In this document: piece after piece, positions 22,942 to 34,987 of the stretch
Position numbering within the stretch: position 1 is the stretch's first letter
How the letters are laid out: every line of letters begins with the position of its first letter
NCBI GenBank assembly: GCA_038087875.1
Contig: CM076001.1
Span: forward strand, 1,488,001-1,552,000
Source: Malacoraja senta
Taxonomy: Eukaryota
Reading direction: 5' to 3'
Length of the DNA stretch: 64,000 bases
Made by a program: the position numbers and the translations under genes
Notes under the pieces: model-generated
Told to the model about the DNA's origin: nothing
The model's database searches: none
The model's input: the letters and a program-made list of their open reading frames with translations, nothing else

Positions 22942-23759
22942 TCACTTTACCGATTTAAACATCTTTCCAGTGCAACGGAATGGATATGTTAGCACACGGA
23001 GCAACTCTTCTCTGAACTTGCTCTGTGTCACGGTGTAAATGGCCGTGTTGGTGCAGGAGCTCAGCAGCTGAAGCAGAAATCCAACCTTTTCCAATCCTAC
23101 CACAGGGTTTGTCCAGGACCTGCGTTTAACCAAATGCAAACTTCGAACCGCAATAAAATGTGCGACACTTGTCGCCCAGAGCAGGATGAAGCAGCTCGAG
23201 ATTGCCAGAAGTAAAACGACCGACCGTCTGCGGTTCACCATCTCCTGGTCTTTCTTTTTCTCGGGGTGAATCGTCGGGGTGAACAGCTGTTCGGTCCAAG
23301 AGAACACCATCCATTCGGGGCGCATATAAATATATACGTCTTTGACGCAGCCCAGATTACGTTCAATTGGGAAATAAGGAACGTATGCGAAGGGCAAAGG
23401 TAGGTTCTGAAGGCAGATGAGTGGGGTCACTGTCAGGATAACAATCGACGCGGTTCTCTCGGTGCAATACTTGGCTTTCATATTCTGAGTAGAAATCGCA
23501 ACACAGCGATCAAATGTGAAAGCGACTGTGAACCATACAGAACAATCCACCGCCACGGGTGCCAGGAACAGTATTATTTTGCACACAGGAGTGTACGGCA
23601 ATGAAGTATGCCATAAATATATATCAGCAATCCGATGAAATATCACGTCAATGAGAAGCACAGAGAGGTCCGCAGTCGCCATGGCTACCATGTAACGAGT
23701 GATGCACTTGGAGAGGCCGCACTTGCCACGGGACAAGATCACAATAGCCACCAGATTCA
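22942..23759 (-). CDS. GPR139/GPR142-like class A GPCR gene 1, exon 2 (in-frame loss of TM5)
   Basis: VNLVAIVILSRGKCGLSKCITRYMVAMATADL, FTFDRCVAI, CTNTAIY; phase-1 acceptor ccAG|tg at 23760/23759. Confidence 0.85.
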
Positions 23760-24734
23760 CTGGGAAGGAATGAAAACATAAACTGGTTAATTGTGTGGGG
23801 GTATCGGTTGGTGGGTGAGGGTAATTTAAACGTGCGCATATTGGGGACGAAATGTTGCCTATTTCCTTCGCTTGAAGAAGGATTTCGACCCGGAACTTTC
23901 CCTATTTCCTTCGCTCCATAAATGCTGCCTCACCCGCTGAGTTTCGCCAGCATTTTTGTCTACATTTGAGAACATGATGTCAAGGAATGGGATTCCGTGA
24001 AGCACTGCAATTATAATTACATACATAATTCAGCGACAAACAAGAGTAACAATATAACGAGCAGTATTTTCAGCTGAATAGCGGGCGGGCCTCCGTGCTA
24101 TACCTGACAAGAACAACTGCTGAAGTATCTCAGTGGCTCAAGTAGCATATCTGGATGACATGGATAGGCGACGTTTCAGCTCGGGCCTTTTCTTCAGTCT
24201 CCGATCGGAGGAAGGATCCCGACCCGATACGTCGCCTACGTCGGTCATCCAAAGATGCTACAAGACCCGCTGAGTTACCCAGTACTTTGTTATCCAGGCA
24301 CGATCGCTGCAGCTTCAGTCTCTGTTATCTGTACTTCAAAAAATCTATCTTAAAATTGCCTCCCAACCGAGGGGGGACATGTCTGGTTGTTCACACTGAT
24401 GTTTTTTGTCGAGTAAGTTGTTCATACGATCTTCAAATCTGTCTCTGCGAAATTATCCCTGTGAAATGTTAAGAGCTTTACAGAAAATGCTGTGCCGAAT
24501 TACTGGACGGGGTGTTTTTTTCTTTCGATCGGGTGCACTACGCACTGCGGAGCATGCAGTCTCACACACAGCGACGACGACGTGTCGCTTGCCCAACCAA
24601 CAACGCAGGTGCGGGGCATCGGTTGTAGCCAAAATCCGTGGAGGCTAAGCTTGTACCAGAGTCTATGAGCGACCATCCGTCAAAGAAGCTAACGCGTTTC
24701 CTTTCTCCTAAGATGTACATTCGCTTATTTGAGT

Positions 24735-24995
24735 TTTGTTTAGATGTACAGCCCCGAAGCGTGTTCTCCGGTCCATCGAGTCCGCGCCGACCAGCGATCC
24801 CCACACACTAACAATATTCGACACAAACTAGTGACTTAAACCAAATATATACCAAATCAATTACCCTTCAAACCTGTCTGTCTTGGAGAGTTGGAGGAAA
24901 CCGACGCTGGTCACGAGGCGAACCTACAAATTCTGGAAAGACAAGCAACCGTAGTGGGGAGCGAGCCCTGCATCATCTGCCGCTGCGCCATCGTG
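24735..24995 (-). mobile_element. HE1-like SINE in GPCR gene 1 intron
   Basis: ccatcgagtccgcgccgaccagcgatcccc ... tggtcacgaggcgaacctacaaa ... ccgctgcgcca matches the reverse complement of the 38.8-kb copy. Confidence 0.7.
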
Positions 24996-25103
24996 CAGGC
25001 CTTAACCCTGCCGGATTATTCGGTATGTTCTCTTAATCTTTACTCCTCTGCGCTTTTCTAACAGTCTTTCTTAGTTCAATGAGATGTGCCGACAATTACC
25101 TAC

Positions 25104-25173
25104 CGGGTATACCAATTGCTGCAAGAATCGGGTAATATACAGATTCTATATACAGGATCAGACTATAATACAT
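25104..25173 (-). CDS. GPCR gene 1 exon 1 (MYYSLILYIESVYYPILAAIGIP)
   Basis: YYPxLAAIGxP pre-TM1 motif; phase-1 donor g|GTAGGT compatible with exon 2. Confidence 0.85.
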
Positions 25174-26242
25174 TTTAATTCGACGGTCCAGGCGATCACT
25201 CCTGGTGCTGCCACTCAGCGATTGACAGTGAAACAAACCAATCTCTGGCACATTTATAAAGTAAATAACGGAGAAAATATGCAATTAGATAACATCCCTG
25301 CCGACATTACAAACAGATTGGAACAAACAAGTACTGTTTTCAATGTAATATTCAGAAATCACAATCATGTGGGCGACCGCTCCACACATTTCCAACAGCA
25401 GGCAGTGAAACATGAATTAAAAACAATTTCCAAACTAACGCACGCGCAGTGAAGTTGCTCGCGAATGTTCTGAGCAGCGAATTATTTCCTTGAACCTTAC
25501 ATCCGATGCCGGGACAAGTAAAGCTGTCATTTCTGGCTTGTACTTGTGCAACTTGAGTTTCCAGACGGCGACAGCAGAGCGCGAGCGCAACGCAGTATCG
25601 GCACCTGAGCATATCCACTGGGCACCTAGCGGCAGTTTTCTCAGAAAAGTGGCTAATGGGGCGAAAGAGCAACAAAAGAGTGAAGAACAGTAGAGTTTAT
25701 CAAGCATTAATAAAACACGAAACTGTAAATTAATTATCGTGGCACGTGTTTCGTCTGCTCTGTCCCAGGGTTAGCAGGCAGAAGTTCGAAAGATTGATAC
25801 GGACACGGGGAGGGGTCATAAGGTCATAAATGTTCGGAGTAAATTAAGGCCATTCTGCCCATTAAGTCTCATCCGCCATTCAATCATGAATAATCTATCC
25901 CCCCCTCCTACCCGACTCTCCTGTTTTCTGCCCATAACGACTGACACCTGTACTAATCAATAATCTATCTATCTCTACGTGAAAAATATCCACTGAATTA
26001 GCCCCCACAGCCTTAGTGGCAAAGTATTCCACAAATTGAACATAGATGACTATGAAGGCATCAGTTGGACAAAGGGGACTAAGAAGGCATGAGAGAGGAG
26101 CTCATGCTATTCTGAAAATGACCCGTTCACTCCTACTCTTTGCTTCCTGCCTGAAGACCAATTTTCTTTTTATATATCAACACGCTAACACCAATACCAA
26201 TATTGTCCGCTATTTGCTTCCAATATCGTCTATTGTTTATTG

Positions 26243-28395
26243 AGTTGGATAAGGTAAACTGGAAAGGGATCCTAGCAGGAATGACGGTGGAACAGCAATG
26301 GCTGGAATTTCTGGGCATAGTCCGGAAGTCGCAGGATCATTTCATTCCAAAGAGGATGAAAGATTCTAAGGGCAGTTGGAGGCAACCTTGCGTGACAAGA
26401 GCAGTTAGGGATAGAATAAAACTAAAAGAAAAGATGTATAACACAGCAAAGAGTAGCCGGAAGCCAGAGGATTGGGAAATTTTCATAGGGCAACAGAAGG
26501 AAACAAAACGGGCAATACGGACCGGAAAGATGAAGTACGAGGGGAGGCTGCACAGGAATAGAAGGAAGGATAGTAAAAGCTTATTTAGATATGTTAAGGG
26601 GTAAAAAGTAGCAAAGTCAAATGTAGGTCCCTTGAAGGCAGACACGGGTGAAATTATTATGCATAACAAGGAACTGGAAGAAGAGTTGGACAGGTACTTC
26701 GGATCTGTCTTCACTTAGGAAGACACAAACAACCTCCCAGATGTACTGGAGGTCTGAGGTAGAGGTATTGAAAGAAATATTCATTAGGTGAGAAATAGTA
26801 TTGGGTAGCCTAATGGAACTAAAGGATGATAATCCCCTGGGCCTGATGGGGTGCATCCCAGGGTCTTCAGTGAGGTGGCTCTAGAAATAGTGGACGTATT
26901 GGTGATCATTTTCCAATGTTCAATAGATTGAGGATCAGTTCCTGTGGATTGGAGTATAGCTAATGTTATCCCACTTTTCAAGAACGGAGCGAGAGAGAAA
27001 ACGGGGAATTACAGACCAGTTAGCCTGACTTCGGTGGTGGGAAAGATGCTGGAGTCAAATATTAAAGCGGTAATAATGGGGCATTTGTATAGCAGTAAAA
27101 GGATTAGTCCAAGTCAACATGGATTTATGAAAGGGAAATGATGCTTGACTAATCTTTGAGGATGTGAGAAGCAAAATGGATGAAAGGGAGCCAGTGGATG
27201 TAGTGTATCTAGACTTTCAGAAAGCCTTTGATAAGGTTCCGCACGGGAGACTGGTGAGTAAAATTAGAGCACATGGTATTGGGGTTAGGGTTTTGACATG
27301 GATAGAAAGTTGGTTGGCAGACAGGAAGCAAAGAGTAGGAGTGAACGGGTACTTTTCAGAATGGCAGGCAGTGGCGAGTGGAGTTCCGAAAAGCTCGGTG
27401 TTGGGGCCGTAACTGTTTACCATATACATTAATGATTTGGAAGTGGGAATTAGGAGCAACACAGGCAAGTTTGTGGATGACACAAAGCTGCGTGGCAGAG
27501 GGAACTGTGAAGAGGATGTTAGGAGTTTGCAGGGTGACCTGGACAGGTTAAGTGAGTGGGCAGGTGCGTGGCAGGTGCAGTATAATATAGATAAATGTGA
27601 GGTTATCCACTTTGGCGGCAAAAACAATGGGGTAGATTATTATCTCAATGGAGTTAGGTTAGATTAGGTAAGGGGGTGGTGCAGCGAGACCTGGGTGTCC
27701 TTGTACACCAGTCACTGAAAGTTGGCGTGCAGGTACAGCAGGCAGTGAAGAAAGCAAATGGAATGTTGGCCTTCATAACAAGAGGATTTCCGTATCGGAG
27801 TAAAGTGGTTCTTCTGCGGTTGTAAAGGGCTCTGGTGAGACCACATCTGGAATAATGTGTACAGTTTTGGTATCCTAATTTGAGGAAGGACATTCTAGTG
27901 ATTGGGGCAGTGCAGCGTCGGTTAACGAGATTGATTCCTGGGATGGTGGGACTGTCATATGAGGAGTGATTGAAAAGACCGGGCTTGTATTCACTGGAGT
28001 TTAGAGGGATGAGGGGGGATCTTATAGAAACATATAAAATTATAAAAGGTCTGGACAAGCTAGATGCAGGAAAAATGTTACCATTGTTGGGCGAGTCCAG
28101 AACCAGGGGCCACAGGTTTAGAATAAGACTGAGGTGAAAAAAAGCGTTTTCACCCTGAGGAGTTGTCAATTTGTGGATTCCCTGCCACAGAGGGCAGTGG
28201 AGGCCAATTCACTGGATGGATTTAAGAGAGAGTTAGAAAGAGCTCTAGGGGTTAGTGGAATCAAGAGACATGGGGAGAAGGCAGGCACTGGTTCTTGATT
28301 GGGGACAATCAGCCATGATCACAATGAATGGCGGTGCTGGCCCGAAGGGCCGAAGGGCCTCCCCTGCGCCTATTTTCTATGTTATACTTTTCTAT
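26243..28395 (+). mobile_element. Decayed CR1 ORF2 and 3' end
   Basis: Multiple short ORFs with [33 protein letters not shown]; tail tttctatgtta. Confidence 0.9.
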
Positions 28396-28544
28396 GTTAC
28401 TATTCGCCACCGACTAAAGAAATTCATCATCTCTCCATCCGAAAAGAAAGTCCATTACTTCTGAGGCAATGACCTATTTTCCGAGACTTTCCCACTCGGA
28501 GCAACATCCTCACCACATCCACCCTATCCAAACCTTTCGCTATT

Positions 28545-29850
28545 CTGTATGTTTCAATGAGCCCCCCCCCCCCCCCTCATTGTCCTAAACTCCAGTGAGC
28601 ACAGGCACAGTGTCGACAACCGCTCCTCGTAGGTTAACCTACTAATTATTGGGATCATTCTGGTAAACTTCCTCTGGACCCTCTCCAGACCCAGCACACC
28701 CATCCTCAGATATTGTGGCCAAAATTGCTCACAATATTCCAAATGCGGCCTTCTCGGCGCCTTATAGAGACACAGCATTGCAACCCTGTTTAGGATGCAA
28801 ACCTTCTTGAAATAAATGAAGGCATTGAATTTGCTTTCTTTTGCAGATTAATCTTTTGGGAATCCCGCATTAGCACTCCCAAGTTCATTATCACCTCCGA
28901 TTTCTGAATTATCTATCTATTTAAAAAAAATATTCTACGCCTTTATTCCTACTAACAAAATGCAAGACTCCACACTTTGCTACACTATTTTCCATCTTCC
29001 ACCTTTCTGCCACTTACCCAACCTGTCCAAGTCTTTCTGCAGGATTCCTGCCCTCTCTGCAGCACCTGAACCTCCACCTATATTCGTATCATTCGCAAAC
29101 TTGGCCACACAGCCTTCAAAACCCTCATACAAAACATTAATATGTAATTTTTGACTAACGTTCCCAGAAACGACCCATGCGGAACTCCACTAGTCACTGG
29201 CAGCCAACCGGATAAAGACCCCTTTAGTGCGACGTTTTGTCTTCAGCCAGCCAGCCAACCTGCTATCCATGCTAGATAGTATCTGCCCTTTGATACCGTG
29301 GGCTTTCATCGTCCTTGTTCACCTCACGTGTTGCCCATTATCAAAGTATTTCCAGAAATCTGAGTAAACAACATCTACTGACCACCGTTAATATTTACCT
29401 CTTCCAAGGATGACAGAAAATTTGTAAAGCAAGACCTCCCCTTCACAAAGCCATGCTGCTTCGATCTATTTTATCATGAACTTCTCAGTACTCCGCAGCC
29501 TCATCCTTTATCGTGGACTCTAAAACCTTACCAACGACCGAAGTCAGGCAAACCTACCTATAGTCCACATTATACTGCCTTTGCTCGCTTCTTGTGCATC
29601 GCGTTAATATTGGCAATTTTCCAATCATCTGGGACCACTCCTGCCTATAGTGATTCTTAAAATATCACTGTGAAGGCATGCAAAATCTCTTAAGCATCAC
29701 CTTTCAGAACACTCGGGTGCAGTCCATCAGGTCCAGGTGGCTTATGCACGTTCAGCCCGATCAGCATCCGGAGCACCTTCTCCAAAGTTATAGACACTAC
29801 ACATAACTTCCACCCCCTGACTGTTGAATTCAGGCACTTTCCTGGTGTCT
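28545..29850 (-). mobile_element. Old decayed CR1 ORF2 fragment
   Basis: LEYCEQFWPQYLR..GLERVQRKFTRMIP (ORF 28554..28778) and degenerate RT sequence downstream. Confidence 0.75.
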
Positions 29851-30194
29851 TCCATTATGAAAGACACCAGGAACGACACCAGACACCTTGTCGCTAAAAC
29901 ACCTTTGATTCCACGCGTGACAGGTTATACACTGCTTCTTGTTATCAGTATATCTCCGCTGTAATTCGAAATCTCACTCCAGCGCAGAACACCATGTATC
30001 CATTTCAAGTCAAGTCAAGTGAGTTTATTGTCATGTGTCCCTGATAGGACAATGACATTCTTGCTTTACTTTAGCACACCGAACATAGTAGGCATTTACT
30101 ACAAAACAGATCAGTGTCTCCAAATACCATAATATAAATATATACACAAATGAATAAATAAACTGATAAAGTGCAGATAACAGATAATGGGTTA

Positions 30195-31385
30195 TTAATA
30201 ATCAGAGTTTTGTCCGAGCCTGATGGCTGTGGGGAAGTAGCTATTCCTGAACCTGGTTATTGCAGTCTTCAGGCTCCTGTACCTTCTACCTGAAGGTAGC
30301 AGGGAGATGAGTGTGTGGCCAGGATGGTGTGGGTCTTTGATGATACTGCCAGACTTTTTGAGGCAGCGACTGCGATAAATCCCCTCGATGGTCAGAGGAA
30401 GGTCAGAGCCGATGATGGACTGGGCATTGTTTACTACTTTTCGTAGTCGTTTTCTCTCCAGGGCGCTCAAGTTGCCGAACACGGTGCAACCGGTCTGCAA
30501 CTGTAGAAGTTAGAGAGAGTCCTCCTTGACAAACCGACTCTCCGTAATCTTCTCAGGAAGTAGAGGCGCTGATGAGCTTTCTTGATAATTGCATTAGTGT
30601 TCTCGGACCAGGAAAGATCTTCAGAGAGGTGCACCTCGAGGAATTTGAAGCTCTTGACCATTTCAACCATCGACCCGTTGATATAAACGGGACTGCGGGT
30701 CCCCATCCTACTCCTTCCAAAGTCCACAATCAGTTCTTTGGTTTTGCTGGTGTTGAGGGCCAGGTTATTGTACTGGCACCATATGGACAGTTGCTCGATC
30801 TCTCTTCTATACTCTGACTCATCCCCATCAGTGATACGTACCACCACAGTGGTGTCGTCAGCGAACTTGATGATGGAGTTCGCACTGTGACCGGCTACGC
30901 AGTCATGAGTATAGAGTGAGTACAGCAGGCGGTTCAGCACGCAGCCTTGAGGTGCTCCCGTGCTGATTCTTATCGAGGCTGACACATTTCCACCAATACG
31001 AACAGACTGTGGTCTGTGAAAGAGGAAGTCGAGGATCCAATTGCAGAGGGATGCGCAGAGACCCAGTTCTGCGAGTTTGGTAACCAGCTTGGAGGGGATG
31101 ATTGCGTTAAATGCCGAGCTGTAATCGATGAATAACAGCCTGACATATGAGTTTTTGTTGTCCAAGTGGTCCAGAGCGGAGTGGAAGGCCAGCGAGATCG
31201 CATCCACCGTTGATCTATTGTGGCGGTAAGCGAACTGCAGTGGGTCCAGGTTTTTGTCGAGGTAGGAGTTGATTTGCTCTATGTTCCACCTCTCAAAGCA
31301 CTTCATCGCCACGGGCGTTAGTGCCACAGGTCGATAGTCATTGAGGCACGTCGCCTTACTCTTCTTGGGCACTGGTGTAATTGAT
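30195..31385 (-). mobile_element. Rex1/Babar-clade LINE RT and 3' end
   Basis: [57 protein letters not shown]. Confidence 0.9.
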
Positions 31386-32329
31386 GCTCTGGAAGAATTA
31401 GCAACATGAAGCGCTATTCGGCCCACGTTCTGAAGGATGAGATGAAAGCAGCGGTCTCCCCTCCTCTTCATCGGCTGCCCCATCTCACCGTTCATGGCGT
31501 GGTGAGAAAGACGATGTGATCTGTGCGCACTTTCCGCAAGCTGGTGTAGGTGCAGGTTACACTGTCCTCCATCCTTTCTGCCCGGTGAGAGCGGATTCCC
31601 GCTGTCGCGAAATCGGCATTGCTCAGACGCGGAACACGGGTGGCAAAAGTGTAGTTTTCGTTTTAAAAGTAAACATAGACGACGTGATAGCGAGGGTAAA
31701 CCTCCACGTCAAAGTACAATGAACGTTCATAGCACATAATGGGATTGTGTCTGTTCAAGTCTTGCATAAACTTCCGTACGCTTTACCTTGTCATCTTTCC
31801 CCAATTGCGTTCGCTGTCCTGATTCAAGTTTTGTCTATAAACGCCTGTCATTTGCCTACACCACACCGCCTGCGAGGGAGCAACAGATCCTCATGATATT
31901 CCACGTGAAGAGGATTCTGACGAACTCACCTGTGGGTTACTTTGCGAAGACGTAGCCATGTGTTTCATGACACAGGACATAAATACCACAGGAGGAAATT
32001 TCCCCTCCTTGACCACTCGGACAAAAAACTTATAGTGTGCATGATCTCTGCCGCTTGCTGTCCTATAGGGAACGGAACTTCTCCCACTTGAATACCCCTA
32101 ATGGTTGAAATCCTGCATATTTATGTATTCTCTGTATGTGCATGTGCCTCCATGTTTCGGCAATCCACGCTGGTTCCTCTCATATATTTGTAGAAATTTA
32201 TTCAATTTGGATCTAACGGACGAAGACTGTTTTCGCTTCTTCAGACTGATAGTAGGGTGGGGTGGCGGCGTTGGGAGAGAGGAGAGGCAGGATAATGCGT
32301 GACACATTAAAATAGGTTAGAGACAGAGG

Positions 32330-32800
32330 TACTTAAGTGTTGTAATTTGTGAAACCAGAAGAAGGAATATAGAAGCGGTGGGAAAAATAGGTGTAGGTTC
32401 AGATGGGGCACATAGGAGCGTGGTGAATTGGGGGGCGGGGGAGGGCGGGTGCGACAGGGAGAGAGTGAATGCCGGCAGGGTTAAACTGACATTGGAAAAT
32501 TCAATGCCCATAGAGTCGGGCGACGGTTCCCAAGCGGAATATGAGTTCCGTCCTTCCAGTTTACCAGTCGCCGCGTTCTGGCAATGGAAGAAGCCCCGGC
32601 CAGAAAGGTCAGCATAGGATGGGAAAGGTCGTTAGAAACCGTTAGATCCAGGAGGCCTTGACGGACCGAACGCAAGTGTTCGTCCAAACGGCCGCCATCT
32701 CTACGCTCGATATCACCGATGCACAGAAGGTCATGTAGACAACAGCAGCAGCAGTAGATGAAGTTGGTGGAGGCGTAAGTGAACCTCTGTCCCAAAATGA
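32330..32800 (-). mobile_element. Penelope-like element, GIY-YIG endonuclease fragment
   Basis: QRFTYASTNFIYC...LCIGDIERR.GGRLDEHLRSVRQ (ORF 32481..32795). Confidence 0.8.
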
Positions 32801-32939
32801 ATGACTGCTGCCGTCCTGGATGGTTGCGAGGGAAGAGGCAGGGGCAGGTGAGCGAGGGAGGAGATAAATATGATACGTTCCTGTCACTTGGCCGGCCACA
32901 TGGTCTCGCCTTTTTAGAAGTGAGGGCGCGCGAAACCTA

Positions 32940-33545
32940 CCACAGGTGTCGAACGTCCGTTCCTCCATCTGTTTGAGCGGCTCCATTTTCCCCTTTTCGA
33001 TATCCTTATCGAGCTCGGTTCCGGACTTCTTATATGATTGTGTGTCGCCGAACTTGAATACCCGATATCTGGCCCTTAGAAGATTGCGAACCTCTTGTTT
33101 CATCCATGGCTTTTAGTTGGGTAACTTTAGCGTGGTTTTCGTGGGTATAAAATCCTCCAATCATTTCCGTATGAAATCGGTACCAACTGGGGCGTGTGCG
33201 TTCAGGTTCGCTGCCGAGTGCTTTAACGTCGCCCAGTCTACCTAACCCGTGCAGTCCCACAGTCGTTCCGCTGCCTTCCGTGACCAAATCTATGCTGTCC
33301 GCATCACAGCGGCGCGCTGTTCTGCCGCTTCCTTCAACCAAGAGAAATGGCACAGGCTGATGGGCGGTTTTCCAGAAATAAGGGTGTGAGAAGGAGCGAT
33401 AGCATCTCTCGTGTTTGCACAGCAGTGGTCGAGGGTGCCGGATGATCTGGTGCTGCAAGACTAGTGATGGTCTTAGTTTCAAGTTTGTTTTTCAAGTTAG
33501 CCATCTTGAAATCCCCTGAGATGACAGGAGTGGCGCCGATGTATA
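32940..33545 (-). mobile_element. Rex1-like endonuclease/linker fragment
   Basis: ISGDFKMANLK, EVRNLLRARYRVFKFGD in ORFs 33334..33759 and 32642..33103. Confidence 0.6.
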
Positions 33546-34090
33546 CCGTCTGGTGTATGCAGGTACAGCAGGCAGTGAATAAAGCGCATGGCATGTTGGC
33601 TTTCATTGTGAGAGTATTTGAGTTTCGGTGGTAGGATTTAATACTGCAGTTGTACAGGGCCCTCGTGAGACCGCGCTTGGGGTATTGTGTGCAATTTTCG
33701 TCTCCGAATTTGAGGAAGGATGTTATTGCTATTGAAGGAATGCAACATAGGTTCACCATGTTAATTCCCGGGATGGCGGGCCTGACATTTGATGAAAGAA
33801 TGGGTCGATTGTGCTTGTATTCACTGGAATTTAGGAGGATGAGAGGATATCTTTAGAAACAAATACAATTCTTAAAGGATTGACTAGGTTAGAAGCAGGA
33901 AAAATGGTCCCGATGTTGGGGGATTCCAGAACCAAGGGTCACAGTTTAAGAATAAGGGGTAGGCCATTTAGGACTGAGATGAGGAAACAATTCTTTACCC
34001 GGGAAGTTGTGAATCTGTGGAATTCTCTACCACAGAAGGCAATGGATGCCAATTCATTGGATGTTTTCAAGAGATAGTTAGATTTAGCTC
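33545..34090 (+). mobile_element. CR1 3' fragment
   Basis: YRALVRPRLGYCVQFSSPNLRKDV...[11 protein letters not shown]. Confidence 0.88.
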
Positions 34091-34720
34091 CTAGGTCCAT
34101 CACACAGAATAATTCCGCTCAGATTTACATTTCACGGAATGCGCCACTAAACATGTCCCGGTGAGGGGATGCTGTATGATAATGTTGGTTGAGTTGACAT
34201 ATGGACAGCTGGGGGAGTATATTATCATTTAATTTATTAGCCATTGATTTGTGAACTACAGAGTGCACGAGCAATAAAAAAAAAATTGAACAAAATCTTT
34301 TCATTATAATTCATAATTGACAGAATATTTTATTTTCTTCGCAGTTTGCGAAGGAAGAGGAAGAATAGGTAGATATAAAATATCTCTGGAGGAAAAGGAT
34401 AGATGACGTTTCTGGTCAGGATCCTTCTTCCGTCTGAAAGTAGGGCGAGGCCACTAGATGCAAGAGTAGGCCAGAACAAAGCAGGGAAGGCAATAAATGA
34501 CTAGGGAATAAATTCCCTAGCCACCCATTGTTGGCTAGGGAATATGTGATAACAAACAACGAGCGAGCGAGTGGGGAGCGAGCCCTGCACCATCTGCCGC
34601 TGCGCCATCGTGCAGCCCTTAACCCTGCCCGATTATTCGGTATGTTCTCTTAATCTTTACTCCTCTGCGCTTTTCAAACAGTCTTTGTTGGTTCAATGAG
34701 ATGTGCCGACAATTACCTAC

Positions 34721-34790
34721 CGGGTACACCAATTGCTGCAAAAATCGGGTAATATACAGATTCTATATACAGGATCACACTATAATACAT
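34721..34790 (-). CDS. Duplicate GPCR exon 1 (MYYSVILYIESVYYPIFAAIGVP), no adjacent exon 2 found
   Basis: Open, with intact ATG and g|GTAGGT donor; inside a ~416-bp copy of 24953-25368. Confidence 0.75.
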
Positions 34791-34987
34791 TTTAATTCGA
34801 CGGTCCAGGCGATCACTCCTGGTGCTGCCACTCAGCGATTGACAGCGAAACTAACCAATCTCTGGCACATTTATAAAGTAAATAACGGAGAAAATATGCA
34901 ATTAGATAACATCCCTGCGGACATTACTTACATAGTTTGGAACAAACATGTACTGTTTTCAATGTAATATTCAGAAATCGCAATCAT

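Noticed and set aside
25084-25452. Conserved plus-strand ORF MCRQLPTGY..., repeated at 34701..34967
   Set aside because: Its conservation is explained by the duplicated segment carrying the minus-strand GPCR exon 1.
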